From Camelus dromedarius (Eukaryota), in contig NC_087455.1 of assembly GCF_036321535.1 (NCBI RefSeq), positions 992,001-1,056,000 of the forward strand: a DNA stretch of 64,000 bases. The letters are read 5' to 3'. The notes beneath the pieces were generated by a model. The model saw only the letters and a list, made by a program, of their open reading frames with translations, made no database searches and had not been told where the DNA came from. Shown here in pieces: positions 42,950 to 53,800 of this stretch. The position numbers and the translations under genes were made by a program. Every line of letters starts with the position of its first letter. Within the stretch, counting starts at the first letter, position 1.

Positions 42950-43400
42950 TGCTGTTCTAAGAAATCACCCCAAAACTTAGTGGCAGAAACAACATCCACT
43001 GGTTTGCTCATAATTCTGTGAGTTTCTTTAAATTATAACACTTAGGCTCATCTCTGCTCCACGTGCTATCACCTGGGTTCACTGACTTTGTGACTAGCTG
43101 TAGTGATCATACCCCCCGACCTTCGCTCTGCAGTGATCGTACCCCCTGACCTTCACTCTGCGCGTGCGTGGCCTCATGTGTTTGGCAGATGGCTGACTGT
43201 CAAGAGGGTCAGTGGTATTAACTGAGCACATGCTGTCCATCTTCCAGCAGGCCAACCCTGACTCATTCATAAAGGGATGGTTGCAGGATTCTCAGGAGAA
43301 GCAAGACAAGCCCAAAGAAGTGCTTTCCAAGACCCCTAGTGGGAAAATGCCATTTCACTCATTCTCTGAGAACTCCCCTACCCCGCCCTCAGAGATGTGC
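42950..43400 (-). mobile_element. MaLR LTR (MLT1-like), interrupted by a copied promoter segment
   Basis: AAGAAATCACCCCAAAACTTAGTGGCAGAAACAAC...GGCTCATCTCTGCTCCACGTG...CATCTTCCAGCAGGCCAACCCTGACTCATTC. Confidence 0.65.
43098..43173 (+). repeat. Two tandem 30-bp units plus tail, copied from 44876-44922
   Basis: CTGTAGTGATCATACCCCCCGACCTTCGCTCTG CAGTGATCGTACCCCCTGACCTTCACTCTG CGCGTGCGTGGCC versus CTCTGCAGTGATCATACCCCCGACCTTCGCTCTGCGCGTGCGTGGCC in the ZC3H3 promoter. Confidence 0.9.
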
Positions 43401-43619
43401 CAAGTCTTCCAAGGCGCAAGGATCTTACACAGTGTTCAGGTGTTAGGGCCGGGCCCATGGCTCACTAGGTCTCACAGCCTGAGTGCAGGGGGCCATTCTA
43501 TTGACTGGTCTTCCCAGCCTGGTGCCACCACTGTGGAAGAAGCCCCAGGGTGCCTCCTGATGTATGTGAAGTGGAGTAACACTAACCCCTAGGGCAGGTT
43601 CAGGTGCTGATCTGGGAGG

Positions 43620-44540
43620 CTGCCTGTGGCTGCATCTTCACCTGCAGGAGACACAGTGCACGTGACCCTTTGCCTCATTGCTGGCATATGCTATAAACCT
43701 ACAGTATGTTTTTATTATTTTTGCTGTAACTATTTGTCTTTTAGAGAAAATAAGAAGTGAGATTTCTTTTAATTACTAACGTATTTCCCATTTCCTGTTC
43801 TCTTTGTTCAAGTAGGTGTTTCCGTATTGTACCCTTTCCTTTCACCCTGAAGAATTCCTCTTAACATTTCCTGCTGTTCAGGTCTGTGGCAGACACATTC
43901 TGTCCATTTTTTTATTGGGTAAAAATATACAACATATAAGTTGTCATATAAGCATTTTTAAGAGTCCAACTCAATGGCATTAAGTACATTCACAGTGTTG
44001 TGCAACTATCACCACTGTTTATTTAGAAAACTTTTTCCTCAAACAGAAACTGTCCCCATTAAGCATTAATTCCCCATTTTTCCTTCCATCAGCCCTTGGT
44101 AACCTCTAATCTACTGTCTCTCTGTATATATTTGCCTATTTTAGACATTTCATGTAAGTGGAAGCTTACCATATTTGTCCTTTTGTGATTGGTTCATCTC
44201 ACTTAGCGTAATGTTTTTGAGGGTCATCCACGCTGTAGCATGGGTCAGTACTACATTCTTTTCAAGGCTAAATCCTGTTCCATTGTATGGATATAGACTG
44301 TTTATCCACTCATCCTCATGGGCACTTGGGCTATTTCCACCTTTTGGCTATCGCGAATAACGCTTCATCCAAAACTGACGTACAAGTATGTTTGAGTCAT
44401 TTTCTCACTTCTTCAGGAAATATGCCTGGAAGTGGAGTTGCTGGGTCAAACCGTAATTCTACTTTAAACTTCTGAGGAGCCACCAGACTGTTCCCCACAG
44501 CGGCCATACAATTTTACACCCCTCAGCAGTGTACAGGGGT
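43620..44540 (-). mobile_element. Two adjacent or nested antisense L1 fragments (older L1M piece to about 43900, then an L1MB-like 3' end)
   Basis: AT-rich. TTTTTTATTGGGTAAAAATATACAACATATAAG...GGCATTAAGTACATTCACAGTGTTGTGCAACTATCACCACT...GGAGTTGCTGGGTCAAA...AACTTCTGAGGAGCCACCAGACTGTTCCCCACAGCGGCC is a classic antisense L1 3' end. Confidence 0.85.
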
Positions 44541-44619
44541 TTACACACCTGTTTTTGTACCTGTTTCCACGGATAAACCAAAACATCTCACATTTTCAGA
44601 GGTTTAACAAGTCTCTGCA

Positions 44620-45116
44620 GGGCCTCCTCGGTCTGGGACGTCTCCTCTCCTGTCCTGGCCCGCGCAACTGTAACAGAGCCCCTGGGGCCCTCGTGCCACC
44701 AAGCCGCCCTCGCGGAGCCCCCAGAACTTAACACTACGCAGAAGGAACGGAGCTGCGGCGCCGGTGGAGTCTGGGGCTCGGTCCCCCGCCCAGTTCCGCA
44801 GGGAACGAGAGCCCATGGCGGGAACCACTAGACGCAACGTCCCCTCCGCAGGCGCGGAGATGCACCCTGCGGGCGCTCTGCAGTGATCATACCCCCGACC
44901 TTCGCTCTGCGCGTGCGTGGCCCCGCCTCCCCGGCCCTTGCCAGGGAGACGGCGCAACTTCCATCCCTCCCCCATCATCCCCTGCAGCCGGGCAGTCGCC
45001 CGGGCCTCGCCGCAGTGCGCAGTCTCGGCACCTCCCGCGCTCCGCCCCGCCCGCGGGGAAACGGTCGCTCGGCGATGACGTCGCGGGGGCCTGGCCGGGC
45101 GTCGCGGACTCCAGAG
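44620..45116 (+). promoter_or_regulatory. ZC3H3: ZC3H3 CpG-island promoter and 5'UTR
   Basis: CpG-rich, with GC boxes, an NRF1/XRE-like TGCGCGTGCGTG and a CRE-like TGACGTCG at 45076, upstream of the ATG at 45117. Confidence 0.75.
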
Positions 45117-48100
45117 ATGGAGGAAAAGGAGCAATTACGGCGGCAGATCCGCCTCCTGCAGGGTGGGTCGGGCCGGGCTCGGGTCGCACGTCCCCTTCTT
45201 TCCCTTCACCTCACAGCCGGCCCCCGTCCACCTCCCCGAGGGGTTTGCTCTCCACCTGCGGTCTCGGCGGCTAGGTCGGGTCGGGTAGGGAGATAAGGTG
45301 GGGTCCGGCTGGGGCTAGGAAACCCGGAGGGTCTTTCGGACCGGCCGGGGAGAGCCGTCGCTCGGTTTCGTCCCGCGGAAGGTACGGGCGTTTCCCACGC
45401 TGCGGCAGGTGGCCGCGGAGCGGTCGCTTAGTAACTGGCGGGAGGCGGTTCCCCGCCCCCCCCCCCCCGCCCACCGGCGAGCAGGTCCTCTGCGCCCCTT
45501 TCCTGCCTCCCGGCGCCTGACCGTGGCGCGGAGGGCTGGTCCCTGGCGCTGCCGGGCATGGCGCACTCGGGGGCAGGCGTGTGTATTTCTTCCCTGGACA
45601 TCCCGTTTTGACGCTCTTCTCTCCGTACAGCCACACTCTCCTTCATGTTCTGGGCCCAGATTCCCCAGGCGTCAGTTTCCAAACTTTGCAATTTTTTGAC
45701 CCAAGTTGGCTTTCTATACTTAAAAAAAAAATCCACTTTTAGTTATTTCCACAAAGAGACTTAAGGACTTGGAAAGTGTGTATGGGGTGTCCAGGAGGGC
45801 TGAACCCGCCTTCCTTCCGCTTCCTGGATCTCCATCATACCTGCCCTAATGTGTCACCAGGTCTGGATATGGCTCTCTTTGGGCATGGGGGCGGGACCTG
45901 TGGTTGGGGAATGTTATAACTTGGGGGTTGGCTACTAGTTTGTTGGCTGAGTTGTAACAGCTCCGATTGTTCAGCCGAGGCCTGTGCCCCACCTGCACCA
46001 GGACAGCTGTCCAGGGGCTTCCTTGGAAAGGCCCCATGGTGGTCCACTGTGCTGGGGCTCCAGCTGGCCAGGCCTCTCCTCTCCTTAGGGGAGGGTACTG
46101 TGACATTCTTGTCAAGTGGGGAGTGCCCAGAGGCATCAGTTATCTTACAGTCACCATTCTGTGTGCCAGGCAGGGAGGTCATTAAGGTGCAGTCCTGCCC
46201 CCTTTCTGTCCATGGGCAAGCCAGAGGGCCTCCATGACCGCCTGGACCCCTTCTTGTCAAGGCATTGCAGCATGGGGCCTTGCTTGTCTCTTCATATTGA
46301 GTGATATGTCCCCTCAGAGTGTTGTGGACCCAGTGTTGTATTCCCAGCAAATAGGAAATACTGTGCTGCAGATGTGCATTTTAAGGACAAGCAGGCAGAA
46401 ATAGGACTGAAGTAGAACCGACAGGAAAAGCCTCATGGGAAAGATTGGCCGTGAGAGTTTGGGCTGAACTGTCAGTGGTTCTTAGGCCCTGGGGCTGCTC
46501 CTCCTGCACTGGAACCTGGCAGGGTCCAGTGGGGTCTGCAGGGTGTCTTGTCAGCGGATGCCCCTCCTGGGGATTCTTGCTGGTTTACTCACTCTCTGGT
46601 TAACTAAGCCTGTATTCCTGTCTTCTCAGGTCTGATTGACGACTACAAAAACCTCCATGGCAGTGCCTCTGCCCCAGGCACCTCCACCGCTCCCCAGTGG
46701 CAGCCACCCACTTACAACAGCAGCAGGGCCTTTAGTGCCCGCTACCCTCGCCCGAACCAGAGGGGTTTCTCCCTGAACCATGGGCCTACGTGGCGCAAGA
46801 AATACTCCCTGGTGAATCGGCCCCTGGCATCCTCGGACCCACCTGGCGACTGTGCTGCACAGCCATCCCTTAGGGCTGGGGGCAGCCAGGGTTCCGAACC
46901 CCAGCAGTATGTCTTGGAGAGGCAGGTCCAGCTCAGTCCAGATCAGAACATGGTCATCAAGATAGAACCACCATCAGAGCCGGGTTCAGCCAGCGCTGCG
47001 GGGGTCTTGAGGGGCTTCGTGGATGGACATGAACACAGACCTCAGGGAGGTGAGGGTGAGCCCCCTGGTGGGCAGCGGCAGCTCTCTAGGCCAAGCAGAG
47101 CCAAAGGGAGCTGCAGTGCCGAGGACCCCCTTCTGGTCTGCCAGAAGGAGCCTGGCAAGCCCCGGGTGGTGAAGTCTATGAGCAGTTTAAGCGACAGCCC
47201 CTCGGAGCCCCGGCGGACGGTCAGCGAGAGCGCGATTGCGGTCAAGGCCTGCTGCCTGCCCTCCAGCCTGCCCCAGCGGGGCTGCTTGGCCCTGGGCCGG
47301 AAGGTGGGCTCCCACTCTGTGGCCAGCTCTGTCACACAGCTCCTTGGGGACGGGAGAGCAAATGCTGGCTGCTCAGATCAGTCAACTGCCTCTGGCTTGG
47401 TGACAGGCCCAGCGAGACCAGCTACTGGACCCAGACAGACCCGGGAACCCTCGCTGCTCGTGTCCTGTCGAACCAACAAGTTCCGGAAAAACAACTACAA
47501 GTGGGTGGCTGCCTCGGCGAAGAGTCCCCGGGCCCCTCGGAGGGCCCTCAGTCCAAGACCAGCGGCAGAGAATGTGTGCCAGGCTCCCTTTGCCGCAGCA
47601 GAGCGGGTGGAGAAGCCGCAGCTCAGTGCCGACCTAGATGCCAAGCCCAGGAGGTCGGCTGTGTCCTCCATGCCTGGGGCAGCGCCCAGCAAGTACAAGT
47701 GGAAGGCCTCCAGCCCCTCGGCCTCCTCGTCGTCGTCCTTCTGTTGGCAGTCAGAGGCTGGCAGCAAGGACCATGCCTTCCAGCTCTCCCCAGTCCCGTC
47801 TAGGTCCCCGCCGGGGGACCGACTAGCAGTCGGACACAGCAGCTTGAAGCCTGTCTTCAGTGAGACCCCGCTCTCGGCATACAAAGTGAAGAGCCGCACC
47901 AAGATCATCAGGAGGCGGGGGGGTGCTGGGTATGTGTCCCTGCCACCACCCCTGGTCTTGTCTGAGCAGGCAGGGTGGGGAGCGTGCTGGCCAGGCAGGC
48001 TCCCTGCTTGATATGTAGAGCAGGTGGGAGCTGGGAGGGCCCACCTGCAGAGGTGAGGGGTAGGAAGGAAGCATCGCCCTTATGGGGCCCATGGTGTGGT

Positions 48101-49387
48101 GTTAACATATCTGGTAGGGACGAGGCCAGGGTTCCTGCTGTTCCTTACAGCTGAGTGAGGGGGGCTCAGCATGGCTAGGGGCTGCTTGCCTGGGGCCCCC
48201 AGCCAGGCGGGAACAGGTGGAGGTGGTGCCAGCAAGCCTACTATTTGTCCTGTTGGTGAGAGACTAGAGGCTGCCGGGCCAGCTTCCTTCCTGGGACCCT
48301 GGGGGCTGTAGACGGACTGCTTTGTGCTCGGGCCAGGAGCTCGGCAAACAGACCCGGCTGCAGTGCACCTGCAGGAGTCATCTTTCCTCTAGGGAGGAAG
48401 GCTGCCCCTTGGCAGCCAGGGGACAGGGTGAGTCATTGCCTCACTGAATGCCTGTCGCCTTTCCCACCCTCCGCACTCTCGGATCTTGAGGAGGCTGGAA
48501 GATGGAGTCACAGCCTGGTGCTCAGTCTGGGGTCAGGGACTCAATTGAGGTTGCTGCTAATGGCGGGGTCAGAGGGCCTGCCTGTGCCTTCAGACATGGT
48601 GACACTCGCCATCCTCCCAGCGAGTCCCACTCCAGGGTCCTTCCTGCTGTCTGGCCTTGATCTTGGGCCCTGCCTCCCAGACAGGTGCTGGCTTGGATTA
48701 CTCGGGCTGTTTGCTTTTTCTGGCCAGTGGTCTGTTTCAGCGAGGGTGGAAGGGGAGCCATGAGAGGGAGCCCCTCCTCCAGAGAGGGCTGGGGCGGCTG
48801 GGGGCAGCTCCACCTCGGATGGTGCCTGCCTCCTTTGTTCCTCCTCCAGGTCTACTCGGGTTGGTGCTCATGTGGCTTGGGGAGGTGGAGGAGATGGCTG
48901 TGGACACGTCGAGTGGGGTCATGGGCTGCTGCCCTGTGCTCACTGGTGCTGAGGTGGGGTGGGAGGGAGCAGCTGTCCTACAGCTGCTGAGGCTGAGTGG
49001 GTGGGAAAGCCAAGTGGGCAGGGCTGGAACCTGGGGGCAGCAGGGGAATGGCGGGGTGGGAGGTGAGGGGCTTGGCTGCCTCTTGGGGCTGATTCTGTGG
49101 CTCTGGGACCTGGGTGGTTAAGGTTGGGTGTGGGGAGCCACCTGCTGGGGGAGCCTGCTGAGAGCTGCCTGCCCTGTGTTTCTGCAGCCTTCCTGGGGAC
49201 AAGAAGAGCAGCCCCCCACCTGCTGCAGCGGCCAAGAGTCAGTTCAGCCTGCGGCGGAGGCAGGCCCTCCGGGGGAAGAGCAGCCCCATTCTGAAGAAGA
49301 CACCCAACAAGGGCCTGATGCAGGTCACCAGGCACCGGCTGTGCGGCCTGCCTCCCAGCCGGACGCAGCTCCCCGCCGCCAAGGAAG
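45117..49387 (+). CDS. ZC3H3: Zinc finger CCCH domain-containing protein 3, 5' partial (exons 1-3)
   Basis: Exons 45117-45162 (MEEKEQLRRQIRLLQG), 46630-47929 (LIDDYKNLHG...WRKKYSLVNR...RTNKFRKNNYKWVA...YKVKSRTKIIRRR) and 49188-49387 (LPGDKK...LRGKSSPILKKTPNKGLMQV). Intron 3 runs to the window end; the zinc-finger exons were not seen. Confidence 0.94.
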
Positions 49388-52300
49388 GTACGACCACTGG
49401 GAGGAGGGGATCTGGGGAGTTGCCCGAGAGGGTCTGCGCTGGCCCTGCCCTCCTCTCGGAGTGCTCAGCCTGGGGGCAGTGGAGGGCAGGAAGGGCCGGG
49501 CTGGGCAGGGGTTGGGGTGGGGTGCTGTGCCCTGCACTCTGACTGGGGAAGATGCTCCAGGCAGGCTCCTGGAGGCCTTTTCAGCACATCCCTCCATGTC
49601 CTGTCCCTGGGAAGTGGGTGAGACCTGGAGGGGGAGGGGCGTGACTGGTGCCACCTGGGCTGCAGGTCAACCGTCCCCTCCCTGTTGGTTCCTGCCTCTT
49701 CCTGGGGAAGCCTGAGCTGGCCTGGGAGGGGTGGGCTTTGCCCTCTTTTTGAGTGGTTGGTGTCCAGGAGAGAGGTGGGGAGCATTGTGGGCATGGCACC
49801 CAACAAGGGTGGCTCCCCACCGTCAGGTGATGGCAGTGCCCTGAAGGAGAGCCAGGATTCCTGCAGGCACACCTGACCCTGGCGTGGCCCCTTTGAGCAG
49901 TGGGGGAATGAGTGGCCATGACTCCCAGGTGGCCATGTGTGGATCTCGAGGTGATCGGGGTTTGGGGCTGAGCAGGCTCTGAGAGCCCAGCTGAAGGCGC
50001 TGTCCTTGGCCCAGCCAGGAGGCTTTCAAGGCTTCTGGATGACCGGGTGCCTGGGCAGAGCTGAGCATCTATGCGGGGAGCCATGAGAGGGTGGTCCCAG
50101 GCAGAGGGCTGATCAGGGCACAGGGGAGACATGAGGAAGTGAGGCCAGAGGGCACCGGCTGCCACCTGCCCTCCTTTGGCCCGTGTGTCATGGCAGGTGT
50201 AGATTTCATCCCAGGTGACAGAGCACAGGGAGCCTGGCTGGCGGTCCCTGGTGGCCAGCAAGGTGCCTGGATCAGGGGTTGGGCCTTAGCTGCAGGACTG
50301 ACTGGGAGTGAAGAGGTTGAAGGTGACCGACCTATAGCCAGGCTGCCTTGATTGAATGGATTGGATGGGTTGAGGAGGCCCCTTGCTTTGAGAGACTGGT
50401 GGCGGTGGCTGAGCCCCCAGGGAGGTTGGGGACAGGTGGAGGGTTCAGGTGGCCTCTTGAGGCATCTGGGAGAGAGGCCAGAAGATGGTGTCTATGGACA
50501 TTGGGTCTCTGCGGGGACTCAGAGCCCCTGTTCAGATCCTCTCCATCACAATGTTGTCTCAGCCGCCGGAGGATGGATGTGCAGAGAAGCTGCAGATGGA
50601 GATCTGTCCCCACAGATGAGGTGCCACATGGGGCTGGCAGCTTGCAGGCAGTGGCGGTGCTCAGGGCTGGCTGTGGGAGGTGGAAGAGGCCATAGGCCTC
50701 TTCGCATCCTGTCCGGGTGCTGGGGGTCCAGGAGGCCCGGGGCAGGCAGTTGGGGTCCCCTCCTGAACTCCTGTGGCTGGCATTCCAGCTGGTCAGTGAA
50801 AAACAGACGTTTAGAGTGGCTGGCCGTGAGGAGGGTGTGTTGGGGTGAAGGGAGTGGGGGTAGCCAGGCAGGGCGCCTCGTGGAGGCGGTATTTCAGCAA
50901 GACGACAGGGGTGTGGTAAAAGGTGGCTCGTGGGAGGAGTATCCCAGTCAGGGCAGCGTGCTGGGGAGGCCCTAAGGCCCTGTCCCTCCTCCTCGGGCCC
51001 TTCCTGGCCCCAGTGCTCTCTGGGGGGCGGAGTTCCTCGAGTGCTGGTCGGCGTCTGCCGGGCATCAGGCCTCCATGCTGGGCCTGGAAGCATGTGTTTG
51101 CGGAGCACCTGCTGGTCAGGTGTTGAGTGTGGCAGGGTTGTAGCAGACAGGGCTGGGCCCTCTTTTCTCCCTTCCTGCCTCCCAGGGTGCTGTGTCCTGA
51201 GGCAGGGATGGGCACTGAGGGGTTTGTGGGGTGACCCAGGTAGGCACACCTTGACCTCTTGCCACGTGTGAGCTGCTCTCGCAGCTTAGCGGAGCTGGCC
51301 TCGACTGTGTCCCTGCTGGGCCTGTGCAGCTTCTGCCCCCACGGAGCCTGGTCTGGGGCTCGACAGCCTGAGACAGACTGTTGCCGTCCCGTGCGGCGGA
51401 CGCCCCCAAGGAAGGAGCAGCATGTGGTAGAGGAGGTCGTTCTGTCTCACGGGCTGAGGGCTGGCTCGAGGAGCCCTCTCCAGATGGGGTGGGAGGCGGG
51501 TGACACCAGAAAGTCTCCAGGCAGAGCCAGACTTTCCCATGGGGCTGGAGGGTGGTCCTGATTGCGGTCCACAGTCACTGGGAGGCAGGGCAGAATCTTC
51601 CTCTGGTGCGACTGGGGGTAGGGGTGTGAGGGCTGCCTTGGGCACAGGAACATCCTGGCAGCAGCTTTGCTGCAGGAACTGCTGGCGGAGGGACCCCAAG
51701 GGAGCTGGAGAGCTGGGTGGGGGCCGTAGGGGCAGCGTCCTGGGCTTGTGGGCTGGGTGCATTCTAGGACAATCCCCTGGTTGCCAGGTGGATGGATAGA
51801 GGGGTGAGGGGCTGGCCGGGACCATACACTGGGCCTGTGGGTGTGCTGAGCAGGCCAGGTGGAGGAAGAGGGCACTTCCTCAGGCCCCGCTGGCTTGTGA
51901 ACCGCCTGGTCCTTTTTCAGGCCTGGAGCAGAGTAGGGTGTAGGCTGGGGATGGTGGAGGCCGCCACTACTGACAGGGCAGGTGCGCTGCTCTGTGGGCA
52001 CCGTGGGATGTGGGGTGTCGGGTAGGGGCTGCAGAGTCCACCGAGGGGGCTGACACAGTCCCTGCCTTCACATTTCTCTGCACTGGGAGGCAGATGAGTA
52101 AGCTCGTAGTTACAGTTCAACGTGATGGCCACGGATAACGACGCACAGAAGCCCTGCGGGGGAAAGGCTTGGAGAAAGCTTCCACCCACCCATTTATCCT
52201 CCCCTCACGCACCTTCCATCCTCCATCCATCCCCACCCTCCACCTGCCTGTTCTTAAGCCCACCCATCCGGCCTCCGTCCATCTCCTCCCCTCCCCCCAC

Positions 52301-53089
52301 CTAGCCAAGGACAGTGTGTGGTGCACCTCTGTGTGCAGGCAGTGTGCTGGCTCCCGGGGCACCGTGGGCGGTGGACACAAATGCAGGTGCTTTAAAAGGT
52401 GGGAAAGTCGCTTTCTGGAGGCAGAAGCGCTCTGAGGAAGAGGAAGCGGGTGGCAGTATCGTAGGGGTGCTGCTGGGAAGTGGTCAGCTCTAGCCAGGCA
52501 GTTGGGGGCTTCTCCGAGGAGGGACATCTTAACTGAGACCTGTGTGAGGAGAGGAGCGAGCAGGCACATCTGCGCAGGCAGGGGCATGGGTGGGCTGAGC
52601 ACTGCCTTTTCCAGGGGAAGAGGGGTCCCCTGTGGCCGGCATCCCGGAGGGTGGGAGGGGCCAAGGCCAGAGGGCAGGTGGGACCAGAGGATGGGAAGGG
52701 TTATTCAGTGTTGTAGGTCTTGGGGTAAGGGAGTGAGGCCTTCCTGCCCTCCCTCAGTGGGCTCGAGCAGCTCTGTGTGCTTCTTGGTCTGTCTGTCCAC
52801 ATCGCCCAAGGTCGTGCTCTCCTGCCTCCTGGAAAGTGCAGACCCAAGCTAGGGCCTCCCTGGGAATGGGGGCAGGGAGCTTGGGTGGCCTCCTCACTGA
52901 GTTGCCTTGAGGCCTCTCATCCTGTTTCCTCACCCAAACTCTTAGTGCCAGGTGCCCCTCCTCTTTGAGCAAGGTCAGACTTGACCCCTGTGGGCTCCTG
53001 CACTTCTGGGGATGGAGATGAGAGGGACGGGTGGGGAGAGATGGGCTTCCCCCTTCAGCCCCGCTGTGCTTCTCAGTGGCCAGCAGAGG

Positions 53090-53800
53090 GCGCGCTTGCC
53101 CCTCTTATCCCTCATCCACCTTTTTCTGGTAATTGATTGCCTAATTTCCTCTTTATGTGAAAGANNNNNNNNNNNNNNNNNNNNNNNNNNNNNNNNNNNN
53201 NNNNNNNNNNNNNNNNNNNNNNNNNNNNNNNNNNNNNNNNNNNNNNNNNNNNNNNNNNNNNNNNNNNNNNNNNNNNNNNNNNNNNNNNNNNNNNNNNNNN
53301 NNNNNNNNNNNNNNNNNNNNNNNNNNNNTCTCCCTTGAGTTACCATTGCAGTGTAATTGCTGCGTTCAATCNNNNNNNNNNNNNNNNNNNNNNNNNNNNN
53401 NNNNNNNNNNNNNNNNNNNNNNNNNNNNNNNNNNNNNNNNNNNNNNNNNNNNNNNNNNNNNNNNNNNNNNNNNNNNNNNNNNNNNNNNNNNNNNNNNNNN
53501 NNNNNNNNNNNNNNNNNNNCAGCTCTGCCACTATATTGCTCAGCAGATAAGGGGGCTAATAAAAAGAAAATTGAATTACTAATGATCACCAGGAACAGAG
53601 TATATAAAACCTGGCAATCGCCAGTTCAGGAAAAGGGAGAATCAATTTTCTTGGGACCAGGTGCGCTCATTTTTTATTTTGGCGCATATTATCAGCAGTT
53701 TCATTTGAGAGCGCAGAAGCAGGAGGCAGCGGTCAGGGAACGGCGAGCCCGCAGGCACACAGTTTACTTGGCGCAACACACACTCGCTTTGCTTGAGCTC
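53090..53800. promoter_or_regulatory. Candidate conserved non-coding enhancer in ZC3H3 intron 3, containing N-blocks at 53165-53328 (164 N) and 53372-53519 (148 N)
   Basis: Abrupt AT-rich, non-repeat-like island with clustered TAAT/ATTA cores, TCAGCA and AGATAA motifs in an otherwise very GC-rich intron. Conservation itself was not computed. Confidence 0.55.

Noticed and set aside
47930-48011. ZC3H3 ORF continuing to a stop at 48011
   Set aside because: Read-through into intron 2; the donor GG|GTATGT at 47929 joins exon 3 in phase.
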